DNA of 64,000 nucleotides. Origin: Desulfovibrio sp. Lineage in GTDB: Bacteria > Desulfobacterota > Desulfovibrionia > Desulfovibrionales > Desulfovibrionaceae. The notes below the pieces were generated by a model. That model was not told the DNA's origin and ran no database searches. It worked only from the letters and a program-made list of their open reading frames with translations. Numbering within the stretch: the stretch's first letter is position 1; each line of letters begins with the position of its first letter. The translations under genes were made by a program, and so were the position numbers. The stretch lies in contig JAILPJ010000071.1 of the NCBI GenBank assembly GCA_024699605.1, positions 6,882 through 70,881 of the forward strand. The letters run 5' to 3'. Shown piece by piece: positions 51,660 through 62,204 of this stretch.

Positions 51660-52244
51660 ATGCCTGCCAAACGCCTGCTTTTTGCCGTCTCCGGCGCAAG
51701 CGGTATGCCACTTGCGGCTTGTGTCCTTGAACATCTGAGAACCATTCCAGAGCTTGAGATTCATCTTCTTATCTCCCAAAGGGCCCGCACAGTCATCGCC
51801 CATGAACAGGGTCCTTCTCTGGAAAAACTGGCCCATGTGCTATACGCGGCCGACGATCTGGCCGCCGCTCCTGCCAGTGGCTCATGGCTGTCTCTGGGAA
51901 TGATTATCTGCCCTTGCTCCATGGCTTCGCTAGCTGCCATAGCCACAGGTTGCGGTACCAATCTCATCCACAGAGCCGCTGACTGCATGCTCAAAGAACG
52001 CCGCCCTCTTGTTCTGGTACCGCGCGAAACGCCCCTCAACCGTCTGCATTTGACCAATATGCTTGCCGCCCACGACGCCGGTGCCATTCTCATGCCCTTC
52101 ATGCCGGCCTTCTACACCGGAAGCTGTGACTTTAACGATCTGGTCAGAGAATTCAGCGGACGCCTGCTGGATCAGTTCGGCGTGGAGCATACACTCTGTA
52201 GACGTTGGCAAGGCTCACCAAAAAACCAGAAGATGGACTTCTAA
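51660..52244 (+). CDS. ubiX: Flavin prenyltransferase
   Basis: SGASG, ASGS, PCSMASLAAIATG, NLIHRAAD, LKERRPLVLVPRETP, PAFY. Confidence 0.93.
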   Translation: MPAKRLLFAVSGASGMPLAACVLEHLRTIPELEIHLLISQRARTVIAHEQGPSLEKLAHVLYAADDLAAAPASGSWLSLGMIICPCSMASLAAIATGCGTNLIHRAADCMLKERRPLVLVPRETPLNRLHLTNMLAAHDAGAILMPFMPAFYTGSCDFNDLVREFSGRLLDQFGVEHTLCRRWQGSPKNQKMDF

Positions 52245-52278
52245 CGCCGCAAAGGCTGATTCGGCAAAGGAGAACAAC

Positions 52279-53742
52279 GTGGATCTCGCCCTCAGCAAAC
52301 GCCTTCTCGTCGTAGGCGATGTGATGCTTGACCGCTACACCGAAACACAGGTGCAGAGGATTTCGCCGGAAGCTCCTGTTCCCGTGGCCAATGTGCAACG
52401 TCGCTGGAATGCCCCGGGCGGGGCCGCCAATGTCGCCAGAAATCTTTCCAGACTAGGTCTTGCGGTCACCCTTGTAGGCGCCAGAGCCAATGATCAGAGC
52501 GGACAAGAACTTGCCTGCCTGCTCGATCAGGAAAGTATCATGGCGCCGCCTTGCCTCTGCACGGATCGTCCCACAACCTGTAAAAGCCGCATTCTGGCTC
52601 GGGGACAGCAGTTGCTGCGTCTTGACGAGGAGTCCTGCCAGCCTTTTTCAAGCGAACTGGTGAAAAAGCTTTGGCAAAACACAGAGCATGCTCTGCCTTG
52701 GGCTCAAGCGGTCATTCTCTCCGATTATGGCAAAGGCGTCTTTGCTGAAAGCCCCAAGCAGCCTTCTTTGGCCCGTGAAATCATTGCCCACTGCCGGCAA
52801 AAATCCATACCCGTACTCGTCGATCCCAAAGGTTCAGACTGGAGTCGCTTTAGCTACGCCGATTGTCTGACCCCCAATACCCGAGAATTGGCCTGCGTAC
52901 TCAAAACCGACAACGGCGATTTTGAGCATCTTGTCCAAGAAGCCCTGAACCTGATGCAGTCGCTGAACCTCAGTCGCCTTCTGGTTACGCGCGGCGCAAA
53001 GGGCATGGCCATGCTTGAGCGCAACGGTCAAGTCACGGAACTGCCCACCAAAGCCCATGAAGTTTGTGATGTCTCAGGTGCCGGCGATACTGTCATTGCG
53101 GTTCTGGCAGCAGCCGTAGCCGAAGGTTACGACTGGATTGAGGCAGCAAAAATCGCCAATGTCGCGGCGGGTATTGTGGTGGCCAAAGTCGGCACAAGCC
53201 CTGTTGATCGCGATGAATTGCTTTCCGCTTTGGCATCTGATAACAATTCTTTCTCCATGACGGTCAATGCTCTGAGCAGCAAAATCATGAGCCAGGGACG
53301 ACTTCTGGAAAAAATTGCGGAATGGCGCAGGCACCACGACCGCATTGTCTTTACCAACGGCTGCTTTGACCTGATTCACCCCGGTCACATCAAACTTGTG
53401 CAGGAAGCGGCACATCTGGGAGATCGCCTGGTGGTCGCCATCAACAGCGACGCTTCAGTCAAACGCCTCAAAGGACCCGACAGGCCCATACAGCCGGAAA
53501 ATGCCCGGGTTCTCGTCATGGCCGGCCTGACCGGTGTGGATGCCGTAATTCTTTTTGACGACGATACGCCACTTGAGCTGATCACAAAGATTCTTCCCGA
53601 TGTTCTTGTGAAGGGCAGCGACTATCGTCTTGATACTGTGGTCGGCGCCGACATTGTGCAAAAGTCTGGCGGCGAAGTACATCTTGTGCAAATTATTGAC
53701 GGATTCAGTACAAGCAGGATCGTTTCCGCCTTCGCTCAATAG
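52279..53742 (+). CDS. hldE: Bifunctional heptose-7-phosphate kinase / heptose-1-phosphate adenylyltransferase
   Basis: VGDVMLDRY, RISPEAPVP, SDYGKG, DVSGAGDTV, TNGCFDLIHPGH, VKGSDY. GTG start after AAGGAG. Confidence 0.94.
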   Translation: MDLALSKRLLVVGDVMLDRYTETQVQRISPEAPVPVANVQRRWNAPGGAANVARNLSRLGLAVTLVGARANDQSGQELACLLDQESIMAPPCLCTDRPTTCKSRILARGQQLLRLDEESCQPFSSELVKKLWQNTEHALPWAQAVILSDYGKGVFAESPKQPSLAREIIAHCRQKSIPVLVDPKGSDWSRFSYADCLTPNTRELACVLKTDNGDFEHLVQEALNLMQSLNLSRLLVTRGAKGMAMLERNGQVTELPTKAHEVCDVSGAGDTVIAVLAAAVAEGYDWIEAAKIANVAAGIVVAKVGTSPVDRDELLSALASDNNSFSMTVNALSSKIMSQGRLLEKIAEWRRHHDRIVFTNGCFDLIHPGHIKLVQEAAHLGDRLVVAINSDASVKRLKGPDRPIQPENARVLVMAGLTGVDAVILFDDDTPLELITKILPDVLVKGSDYRLDTVVGADIVQKSGGEVHLVQIIDGFSTSRIVSAFAQ

Positions 53743-53808
53743 CTGGGCCTTTCAAGAAAGCCGGGGTCTGCTGCGCATGCGCCTTCGCAGCAGCAAGGAG
53801 TTTATGAC

Positions 53809-56800
53809 GTGATACGCAAGGGACCACATATATCAATTGCTCCGAATTATGTGGTAAACCGCATATTGAAGATCAATATCGATGATTTCTCGGAATGGCC
53901 GGAATCTGTTCGCAATCTGGCCATCTCCATAGCCGAGGAACTCTTTCTTGTCGCCTACAATCCCTTTATTGATGTCCGCACGGTACGCGCAAGTGTAGAC
54001 GCGACCTTCGAACGCGAAGCCGTTTCTCTTGCCCATTACTATGCCACGACCATCAGTGAAGGCATCACCATGTTCTGGTCGGCCTATACGGCTGAAGCGG
54101 AATATCGTGACAAACTCATTGACGCTCTGAGCGACATTTTACCCACAGAATGCATTCTGACCGACGCCATGTCCCTTGTGGGCATGGCCACAGACGCCAC
54201 GGATCTGAGAATGGAGCTGCCGCTGCTCGTGGTCGAGCCTGATACCACAGAGCAGGTGGCAAAAATCGTAACCCTCGCCAATGACTTAAAATTTGCCGTC
54301 ATTCCCCGAGGTGGTGGTTCAGGTATGACCGGGGGCGCTGTGCCCGCCCGCAGACGCACTATCATGTGTTCCATGACGCGCCTGACGCACATTGGCCCCA
54401 TTGACCTGGATGCGATGACCATGACCTGCCAGTGCGGGGTCATCACACAGGCGGCCATCACCGCTGTTGACAAGGCAGGCGCTCTTTTTTCTGTAGACCC
54501 GGCCTCAAAGCAAGCGTCATCCATCGGCGGCAATATCTCGGAAAATGCCGGTGGCCCCAGTGCCTTTGAATACGGAACAACTCTTGACAATCTGCTCTGG
54601 TGGCAAATGGTTACGCCGACCGGAGAGATCATTGTTGTGGAGCGTCAAAATCATCCGCGCCACAAAATTTTACCTGAGGAGACCGCGGTTTTTCACGTCA
54701 AAGATCGTTTAGGCGGTGTGCTGCGCAGCATTGAACTCAGGGGTGATGAAATCCGACTGCCTGGCCTGGGGAAGGATGTGACCAACAAGGCGCTGGGGGG
54801 GCTACCCGGCGTACAAAAAGAAGGCACAGACGGCATCATCACCGAGGCCTGCTTTATTATTCACAAAAAGCCCCATCTCAAGCGCGTGATGGCCCTTGAA
54901 TTCTTTGGTCAGTCCATGCATGCAGCGGCTGTAGTGGTCAGAGAATTGGTGGCCCTACGCAATAAAATCCGCGAAAACGGCGACTACGCTCATCTATCGG
55001 CCCTTGAAGAATTCAACGCCAAATACGTCCAGGCTCTTGAATATCAAACCAAGTCCAAACAGTACGGCGGACAGCCCATCTCCGTGATCATTCTGCAGGT
55101 CGACGGCGACGACGCGGCCCTGCTCGACCGCTGCGTCGACGATATTGTCCGCGTCGTGGAAAAGCAGGACGATGTGGACATTATTGTGGCGCACGACGAC
55201 AAGGAAGCCGAACATTTCTGGGAAGATCGGCACAGACTTTCCGTCATCGCCAAGCGCACCTCAGGTTTCAAGCTCAACGAAGACGTGGTCATTCCCGTCA
55301 CCAAAATCCCTGATTTTGCCTTATTCCTAGAACAGCTGAATCTCGAATGTACGGCTCAGGCTTATCGCCGAGCTCTGCAGGAAATAGTCCGACTGCCCGG
55401 TTTTCCCATCGAAGATACTGAAGTCAATCAGGAATTTGCCGTAGCCACCAAAGCTGCCAAAGGCAGTGTCTCCTCTACGGAAATTTCCGATGATCTCATG
55501 CTGCAAGGAGCCCGAGCCTTTCTGGAACGGCTCAAGGAAAAATATCCGCCTCTGGCCAAAAAAATCGCAAAAATTACTGCGTACATGGAAGCCAGCCGCA
55601 TCATCGTGGCCAGCCACATGCATGCTGGCGACGGCAATTGCCATGTCAATATTCCCGTCAATTCCAATGACCATGACATGCTTGAACGCGCGGAAAAAAC
55701 CGCTGCGCGCGTCATGAGCCATTGTCAGGAAATTGGCGGTGAAGTTTCCGGTGAGCACGGCATCGGTATCACCAAGATCGCTTTTCTGGCGCAAGACAAA
55801 ATGGACGCGCTCAGACGCTTTAAGGAACAGGTGGATCCCAGGGATGTGATGAATCCGGCCAAGCTGGTCTTCAGAGAATTGCCTGTCAAACCTTTCACCT
55901 TTTCCTTCAACCGTTTGCTCAATGATATCAACGCCAGTGGTTTGCCAGACAAAGAAAAGCTGATCAGTCTTCTGACCTCCATTCAGACCTGCACTCGCTG
56001 CGGCAAGTGCAAACAGGTCTGCGCCATGAGCTATCCCGAGCGCTCCATGCAGTACCATCCGCGCAACAAGAATATGATCCTCGGCATGCTCATTGAGGCG
56101 GTCTACTATTCACAGGTCGTCACAGGGGAAAGCAATACACAGCTGCTGGCAGCTCTGCGGGACGTAGTTGAACACTGCACAGCCTGTGGTCGCTGTATGG
56201 CCAATTGTCCGGTCAAGATTCCCTCAGGTGAAGTGGCCTTGAGTCTTCGGGCTTTTCTCGACCACGAAGGGGCCGGCGGACACCCCATCAAGGAACGTGT
56301 GCTAGAATTTTTACAAGAAGACATCGCCAAACGCGTGCCCAAAGCCGCCAAAATGGCCTCTTTGGGTCAAAAGATGCAGAATCGCTTCCTCGGCTTTATT
56401 CCCCAGGCCTGGAAAAAACGCTTTGAAAGCCCTCTTTTCTCTGGTCGCGGCCCCAAGATGGGCTATACCAATCTCTACGAAAGCTTGAAACTTGGCCGCG
56501 GCAATGTTTTTCTGCCAGAAAAGTTCCGTGAGGGAATGCCCCTTGCCCTGTATTTTCCTGGCTGCGGTGGGGCACTGTTCTACGACCGCATAGGTCTGAG
56601 CAGTCTCATGTTGCTCCTCTATGCTGGCTATGCTGTGGCTATTCCGCCCAGACACCTCTGCTGCGGCTACCCTTTGCTCGCCGCTGGCATGGACACAGAC
56701 TACGAGGATACTCTGGCCGAATGCCGACAGCAGCTTTCTGAAATGCTTCGCAAGCTCAGCCGCAGAAAATTTGCCATTACACTGCTCGTCACGTCCTGCG

Positions 56801-57384
56801 GAACCTGCCTCGACAGTCTAAGCCGACTAAAGCTTTCCGAATCTTTTCCCGGTCTTGTTCAAAACGATGTGGTCCAGGCCGTATTGCCCAAGCTTGACCA
56901 GCGCCTCTTCACCGTGCCTGAAGAGCCTAAGAGCATGCTCTACCACGCTGCCTGCCACTGCGAATGGGCAGGTCTGCACCGTGTCAAAGGACAGACTCAG
57001 ATTGCCAGCCAGCTTGCTCAAAGCACTGGCTATGACGTGCGCCTGCATCCTGGCTGCTGCGGTGAATCGGGCATGGGCTCGATCACCAGCCCCGCTATCT
57101 ATAATCAGTTGCGCGCCCGCAAAGAAAAGGCCCTCAGTCAAACCTTTCAAGAAGGGTACGATGGCCCTGTGCTTGTGGGCTGCCCTTCGTGCAAAATCGG
57201 CATTGGCCGCTGCCTGATCAATCTTGGGGAAAAACGACAGGTCTTGCATGTGGCCGAATGGCTAGCACGTCTCATCGACGGAGAAGACAGACGGCAGACT
57301 TTCCGAAAACGCGTTAACGATACGCGGGGCGAATTGCGGGTTGTGGAGCTTCCGAACTCAACTGGCCGGCAGGAAGAGGCATGA
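53809..57384 (+). CDS. FAD-linked oxidoreductase fused to Fe-S and CCG domains (GlcD/GlcF, lactate-dehydrogenase-like)
   Basis: PRGGGSGMTGG, GGNISENAGG, HAGDGNCH, SGEHGIG, CTRCGKC, CTACGRC, YFPGC, CCGYP, GCCGE, GCPSC. Confidence 0.85.
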   Translation: MIRKGPHISIAPNYVVNRILKINIDDFSEWPESVRNLAISIAEELFLVAYNPFIDVRTVRASVDATFEREAVSLAHYYATTISEGITMFWSAYTAEAEYRDKLIDALSDILPTECILTDAMSLVGMATDATDLRMELPLLVVEPDTTEQVAKIVTLANDLKFAVIPRGGGSGMTGGAVPARRRTIMCSMTRLTHIGPIDLDAMTMTCQCGVITQAAITAVDKAGALFSVDPASKQASSIGGNISENAGGPSAFEYGTTLDNLLWWQMVTPTGEIIVVERQNHPRHKILPEETAVFHVKDRLGGVLRSIELRGDEIRLPGLGKDVTNKALGGLPGVQKEGTDGIITEACFIIHKKPHLKRVMALEFFGQSMHAAAVVVRELVALRNKIRENGDYAHLSALEEFNAKYVQALEYQTKSKQYGGQPISVIILQVDGDDAALLDRCVDDIVRVVEKQDDVDIIVAHDDKEAEHFWEDRHRLSVIAKRTSGFKLNEDVVIPVTKIPDFALFLEQLNLECTAQAYRRALQEIVRLPGFPIEDTEVNQEFAVATKAAKGSVSSTEISDDLMLQGARAFLERLKEKYPPLAKKIAKITAYMEASRIIVASHMHAGDGNCHVNIPVNSNDHDMLERAEKTAARVMSHCQEIGGEVSGEHGIGITKIAFLAQDKMDALRRFKEQVDPRDVMNPAKLVFRELPVKPFTFSFNRLLNDINASGLPDKEKLISLLTSIQTCTRCGKCKQVCAMSYPERSMQYHPRNKNMILGMLIEAVYYSQVVTGESNTQLLAALRDVVEHCTACGRCMANCPVKIPSGEVALSLRAFLDHEGAGGHPIKERVLEFLQEDIAKRVPKAAKMASLGQKMQNRFLGFIPQAWKKRFESPLFSGRGPKMGYTNLYESLKLGRGNVFLPEKFREGMPLALYFPGCGGALFYDRIGLSSLMLLLYAGYAVAIPPRHLCCGYPLLAAGMDTDYEDTLAECRQQLSEMLRKLSRRKFAITLLVTSCGTCLDSLSRLKLSESFPGLVQNDVVQAVLPKLDQRLFTVPEEPKSMLYHAACHCEWAGLHRVKGQTQIASQLAQSTGYDVRLHPGCCGESGMGSITSPAIYNQLRARKEKALSQTFQEGYDGPVLVGCPSCKIGIGRCLINLGEKRQVLHVAEWLARLIDGEDRRQTFRKRVNDTRGELRVVELPNSTGRQEEA

Positions 57385-58052
57385 GCGGTGACCTTCTGCT
57401 GGCACTCGAAAAGATTGCCATCTACATTGTTCCCGCCCTTCTTGGCATTATTTTGCATGAAGTGGCACACGGAGCCTGCGCCGCCTACCTTGGCGATCCC
57501 ACGGCCAAATCTCTGGGGAGACTGACCCTCAATCCTCTGCCCCATGTTGATCCTTTGGGTCTGCTGGTCTTTGTGCTGACCAGTCTGACGAGCCCTTTTG
57601 TTTTTGGCTGGGCCAAACCGGTACCCGTAAATCCCCGCTATTTTGCCAATCCGGCGAAAGGCATGATGCTTGTGGCCTTGGCTGGTCCTGCCACGAATTT
57701 TCTTTTGGCCCTACTCTTTGCCCTGCTGCTCTGGCTGGCAATCGCGCTTTTGCCGGAGGCAGCCTTCACCTCAGCCTTGACATTGACCATCCTAACGGCC
57801 ATGAAAGCCGGAGTATTCATCAATCTGGCCCTGGCCTGGCTCAATCTTTTGCCTGTTCCGCCTCTTGACGGCAGTCGTATTCTCTCGTTTTTTTTGCCCA
57901 GATCTCTCGCATTGACCTATCTGCGCATTGAACGTTACGGACTTCTTCTGTTGATGCTGCTGCTCTTTTCTGGACTGTTGAATAAAATTCTCGTCCCACT
58001 GCTTCAGGGCTCGGCCAACCTGCTTTTGGGCTTTCTCGATATCTACGCCTGA
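57381..58052 (+). CDS. Site-2 protease (peptidase M50)
   Basis: LHEVAHG (HExxH), GWAKPVP, AGPATN, NLLPVPPLDG. Confidence 0.92.
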   Translation: MSGDLLLALEKIAIYIVPALLGIILHEVAHGACAAYLGDPTAKSLGRLTLNPLPHVDPLGLLVFVLTSLTSPFVFGWAKPVPVNPRYFANPAKGMMLVALAGPATNFLLALLFALLLWLAIALLPEAAFTSALTLTILTAMKAGVFINLALAWLNLLPVPPLDGSRILSFFLPRSLALTYLRIERYGLLLLMLLLFSGLLNKILVPLLQGSANLLLGFLDIYA

Positions 58053-58081
58053 CAATAGGCATAAACGACAACTATCAGATC

Positions 58082-58543
58082 ATGCGAGTGCTTGGCATTG
58101 ACTACGGGCTGGAACGCACAGGCCTTGCCGTTTCCGATCCCTCAGGCAAAGTCGTCTTTCCGCTCAAAACCCTGCGTCTGGCCGATTTTGGCACAAGAGC
58201 GGCTCTGCTGGATGCTCTTGCCGATACGATTCACAATACCGATGTCGAAGCCTGCGTTGTGGGTCTACCCCTTCCTCTTGAAGGCGAGGAAACACTGATC
58301 TGCCGTCAAATCCGTAATGTGACACGACGCCTGATGCGTCGTGTCATGCTGCCCTTTTATTTTATGAATGAAGCCCTGACCTCGTATCTGGCTTGGGAAG
58401 ACCTCAAACAGAGCGGCGTAAAGGCTCGCAAACGTCGCGACGTTCTGGATCAGCAAGCTGCTGTCCGTATTCTGCAGGCTTTTCTGGCTGAAGCGGAGAA
58501 GCAGGGCCCAAGCTTTCTTACGCAGGCGCAGGTCCAAGCTTGA
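58082..58543 (+). CDS. ruvX: YqgF/RuvX-family nuclease
   Basis: LGIDYG...GLAVSD, VVGLP, NEALTS, DQQAAVRILQ. Confidence 0.92.
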   Translation: MRVLGIDYGLERTGLAVSDPSGKVVFPLKTLRLADFGTRAALLDALADTIHNTDVEACVVGLPLPLEGEETLICRQIRNVTRRLMRRVMLPFYFMNEALTSYLAWEDLKQSGVKARKRRDVLDQQAAVRILQAFLAEAEKQGPSFLTQAQVQA

Positions 58544-58565
58544 AAGAATCTGCCGAAATGAGAGG

Positions 58566-59666
58566 ATGGCGGTGAAACACCCTGTTCTGCGCGTCTGTTC
58601 CCTACTCTTCTTAATCCTATTGTACGCAGCCGGCTATTTAGGCCTCAGGGCCTGGACGTTTCTGCACGAAGCGCCAGAAGCCGATGGCCGTGAGGTTTTT
58701 TTCGACGTCTTGCCAGGAGCCCGTCTGGGCAATGTTGCACGACAACTCTTTGAAGCCGGCCTGATCACCGATGAAAAAGCCTTCGTATGGCTTGCTCGTC
58801 TCAACCAGGAACACAATCAACTGAAGGCCGGACGCTTTGCCCTGAATACGGGTTGGCTGCCCGAAACCGTGCTGGCAACACTGGTTCATGGCAAACCGGT
58901 GCTCTACCGCATCACCGTACCCGAGGGGCTGACCCTCTGGCAAACAGCCAAATTGCTCGAAACACAGGGCTTTGTGCGGGCTGAAATCTTTCTGAATGTG
59001 GTCACAGACCCAACGTTTCTCACCAATTGCGGTATTCCCCTGCCCAGTGCCGAAGGTTTTCTCATGCCTGATACCTATCTGCTCAAAAAAGATGAGGCAC
59101 AGGACAATCCGAAGCCAAAAACAAGCGAAACGACAGAGCCCTCGGTATCTCCTGAACGTAAGCAGGCCACGAACATTGCCCGACGTCTTGTGGATAATTT
59201 TTGGAGCAGGGCAGAAAGCCTCTGGCCTGGAAACAAACGGCCACAAGCCGATCAGCTCAAACGCTGGGTGATTTTAGCTTCCATTGTGGAAAAAGAGACC
59301 TCCCTTGAAGAAGAGCGAGCACGCGTGGCCGGTGTTTATGCCAACCGACTGGCCAAAAATATGCTCCTGCAGGCTGATCCCACTGTCATTTATGGCTTAG
59401 GACAAAAGTTTTCAGGGCGTCTGCTCTACCGGCATCTTGAGGATCTCAAAAATCCGTATAATACCTATCAGCATGCGGGTCTGCCCCCCGGTCCCATCTG
59501 TTCCTTTGGCATGAGTGCCCTGAAAGCGGCTATTTCCCCTGAAGCCCACAACTTCCTCTATTTTGTGGCACAAAGCGAAGGCAAGGGACACGTCTTCTCA
59601 CGCACTCTTGAGGAACACAACAAAGCCGTGCAAAAATACCGGCAGAGCAAAAAGAAGCCCAATTAA
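58566..59666 (+). CDS. mltG: Endolytic transglycosylase
   Basis: TVPEG, EGFLMPDTY, LASIVEKET, NRL...LQADPTVIY, NPYNTY...GLPPGPI, LYFVA. Confidence 0.94.
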   Translation: MAVKHPVLRVCSLLFLILLYAAGYLGLRAWTFLHEAPEADGREVFFDVLPGARLGNVARQLFEAGLITDEKAFVWLARLNQEHNQLKAGRFALNTGWLPETVLATLVHGKPVLYRITVPEGLTLWQTAKLLETQGFVRAEIFLNVVTDPTFLTNCGIPLPSAEGFLMPDTYLLKKDEAQDNPKPKTSETTEPSVSPERKQATNIARRLVDNFWSRAESLWPGNKRPQADQLKRWVILASIVEKETSLEEERARVAGVYANRLAKNMLLQADPTVIYGLGQKFSGRLLYRHLEDLKNPYNTYQHAGLPPGPICSFGMSALKAAISPEAHNFLYFVAQSEGKGHVFSRTLEEHNKAVQKYRQSKKKPN

Positions 59667-59695
59667 CGGCCAGAGACGGGCAAAGGATTGAAACC

Positions 59696-59953
59696 GTGAA
59701 GTACATTATTGTGGAAGATTTTTCAGGTCAGGAAGTGCCTTTTATTTTTCCCCGCAGGGTTGATCACAGTGATATGCGCGAGCAGCTTCCCTACGGCAAA
59801 ATCGTCTCGGCAGGCTATGTCGAGCTTGGCCCTCAGGGTTTTTTCTGCTCAGGCGGTGATCGCGAACTCAACGTCAAGGCAAGGCCTGAAGCTGACGCTC
59901 TCATCCTCAAGGAAGCACTGCGCCAACGTCCCAAGGCAAACACTATCTCGTAA
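59696..59953 (+). CDS. Small hypothetical protein
   Basis: 85-aa ORF, MKYIIV...PFIFP...H...VSAG...C.G, co-oriented after mltG. Confidence 0.7.
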   Translation: MKYIIVEDFSGQEVPFIFPRRVDHSDMREQLPYGKIVSAGYVELGPQGFFCSGGDRELNVKARPEADALILKEALRQRPKANTIS

Positions 59954-60052
59954 GCCTTGCCGCCCATGAAAAATGCGGTCCCTTCAGATCATCAGGCAAC
60001 GTCCTGCTGTTCAGCCGCCGAAAATTTCTACCTTTTGATTCAAGAGACACTG

Positions 60053-60107
60053 GGAGGCAGCACGTCCGCCTCGGCGTAATGACGAGATCTCTGTGCTGAA
60101 ATAGCTC
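60053..60107 (+). promoter_or_regulatory. Structured 5'UTR element, copy 5 (upstream of cbiA), with compensatory changes
   Basis: GGAGG CAGCAC GTCCGC CTCG-gcgtaatga-CGAG ATCTCT GTGCTG AAATAGCTC ATG. 50 nt from GGAGG to ATG. Confidence 0.8.
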
Positions 60108-61523
60108 ATGAACTTGCCTCAGTCTGGTTTTCTCGTGGCTTCCAACGCCAGCCATGCCGGAAAAACCAGCACTTGTCTTGCTCTGATCGCTGCACTGAAC
60201 AGACGAGGCCTTATCATCCAACCAGCCAAATCTGGTCCTGATTTCATTGATACCAGTTATCTTGCCGCTTTTGCCCAACGCCCCTGTGTCAATCTTGATC
60301 TCTGGCTGCTTGGCAAAAATGGGGTGATGCGCCTTCTGCAACGGCTACAGCGTCAAAACACAGCCCCTGCAGCCGACCTTCTTCTCGTTGAAGGGGCTAT
60401 GGGGCTCTACGACGGCGGTCTGGGCTCAAGTTTTGCCCTGGCCCGCGCCCTCAAGCTACCAGTACTCTTACTGCTCAATGTTCAAGGCATGGGGGAATCT
60501 GTGGCAGCCCTGGCTCAGGGTTTTTTAGCCCAGGCCGAGGGAAAAATCGCCTTTGCAGGCCTGATACTCACCCATACGGGCAGTCATACGCATCAAGCGC
60601 TTCTGACTCGAGCCCTTCGCCGCATTACCAAACAATACCGTGTGCCACTTCTTGGTTTTTTGCCAAGATCCGGTTCCCCTCAGATTGCCTCTCGTCATCT
60701 TGGCCTTGTGGATATTGCGGAAAGTCTGCCCGAACTTGACCAGCAAGCCATGGCTGACTGGTTTGAAAAAAACGTAGCCCTCGATCGACTCCTCAAAAAT
60801 CTGCGTATCCCCTGCCAAAAAAAGTCACAGCCGGCTTCTACTCCCTCACTTTGCGTCCAGCACGTGGCATCATCCAAAAAAGCTCGTATTGCCATAGCCC
60901 ATGACCGTGCCTTTTCTTTTTGCTATGCTGATCTGCCGTTATTTTTCACAGAGCAGGGCTTTGAAGTGCGTTTTTTTTCTCCCCTTATGGATCAAGCTCT
61001 CCCTGCCTGTGAGGCTATCTACCTTCCTGGCGGCTATCCTGAACTTTTTGCCCATGAACTTGCTGCAAACAGCAGCATGATCAAGTCGTTGACTTGCGCG
61101 CAGGCCGAGAATATCCCCATCTACGGAGAATGTGGCGGCTATTTGTATCTTTTACAGGAGCTTGAGCTTCACAATGGCACAACTGTGCCCATGGCGGGCC
61201 TGTTGCCTGGAAAAGCTGTGATTTGTAGCCAACTCCAGGGCTTAGGCTACCGCCTGGGAGATCTGATCTGGGATATTTTTGCATTGGGCCAAACAATTCG
61301 GGTACGCGGCCATGAATTCCACTACGCACGAGTGCTTACTCAGAGCACAAGCCCCCTCTGGTTGCTGCACAATAAACAAAAAAAGCCTCTTGGCCCTTCT
61401 GGCTGTACCAAAAAATTCACAGCAGGAAGCTTTCTGCATCTTCCCGTAGAAGGCAATCGCAGCTTCTGGCGTGCCTGGCTTTCCCTGGCTAGCCAAGTCA
61501 AAGGGAGAACGCCATGCCAGTAA
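60108..61523 (+). CDS. cbiA: Cobyrinate a,c-diamide synthase
   Basis: HAGKTS, KSGPDFID, VEGAMGLYDG, SRHLGL, YLPGGYPE, YGECGG, GHEFHY. Confidence 0.9.
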   Translation: MNLPQSGFLVASNASHAGKTSTCLALIAALNRRGLIIQPAKSGPDFIDTSYLAAFAQRPCVNLDLWLLGKNGVMRLLQRLQRQNTAPAADLLLVEGAMGLYDGGLGSSFALARALKLPVLLLLNVQGMGESVAALAQGFLAQAEGKIAFAGLILTHTGSHTHQALLTRALRRITKQYRVPLLGFLPRSGSPQIASRHLGLVDIAESLPELDQQAMADWFEKNVALDRLLKNLRIPCQKKSQPASTPSLCVQHVASSKKARIAIAHDRAFSFCYADLPLFFTEQGFEVRFFSPLMDQALPACEAIYLPGGYPELFAHELAANSSMIKSLTCAQAENIPIYGECGGYLYLLQELELHNGTTVPMAGLLPGKAVICSQLQGLGYRLGDLIWDIFALGQTIRVRGHEFHYARVLTQSTSPLWLLHNKQKKPLGPSGCTKKFTAGSFLHLPVEGNRSFWRAWLSLASQVKGRTPCQ

Positions 61524-62173
61524 CACTTTCCCACGCTCTTGATACAGCACAAAGCCCCAAAGCTATTGAAGAGCGCTCTTTTGCCCTGATCGACGCTATG
61601 CTGCCACCTCCCCGGCCCTTTTCGGGACGTCTCTGGGAAATTGCCAGACGTTGCATCCACACCAGCGGCGATACCACAATCCTGGCAGACCTGCGTCTCA
61701 GTGAACAAGCGCTGAATAGCGGTCTTGCCGCCTTGCGATCAGGCTGTACCATTTATACCGATACGCGTATGGCCAAGGATGGCCTGCCGCTCAGACGCCT
61801 GGCTCCGCTCCAATGCCACACGCTTGCACTCATGGAGCTTGACGGTCTTGAGGCTCTGGCTCAAGAACACGGCACAACCAGAGCCCATGCGGCCGTCAAA
61901 AGCATTCAAGATCAACTGGGAGGGCAAATTGTGGTCATCGGCAATGCCCCCACAGCCCTGCTCTGCCTTCTTGACTGCCTCAAACAGGGAGCTCCCTGCC
62001 CTGCCCTGATCGTGGGTATGCCCGTGGGTTTTGTCAATGCGGCCCAGTCCAAAGAACTTCTGGCTCAGAGTTCCTATCCCCATTTTACGCTGCTGGGTAC
62101 CCGGGGCGGATCAGCGCTAGCAGCCTGCTGTGTCAATGCCATGGCCGAAATGCTGCACAACGAGATATGCTGA
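61514..62173 (+). CDS. cbiC: Precorrin-8X methylmutase
   Basis: IEERSFALID, RCIHTSGD, GTTRA, IGNAPTAL, GMPVGFVNAAQSK, GGSALAA. Confidence 0.93.
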   Translation: MPVTLSHALDTAQSPKAIEERSFALIDAMLPPPRPFSGRLWEIARRCIHTSGDTTILADLRLSEQALNSGLAALRSGCTIYTDTRMAKDGLPLRRLAPLQCHTLALMELDGLEALAQEHGTTRAHAAVKSIQDQLGGQIVVIGNAPTALLCLLDCLKQGAPCPALIVGMPVGFVNAAQSKELLAQSSYPHFTLLGTRGGSALAACCVNAMAEMLHNEIC

Positions 62174-62204
62174 AACTAACGCCAATCATCTCTCTCTTTG
62201 AAGA

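Noticed and set aside
59954-60107. Cobalamin riboswitch before cbiA
   Set aside because: No B12-box or other recognisable riboswitch core. The gap holds the repeated element instead.
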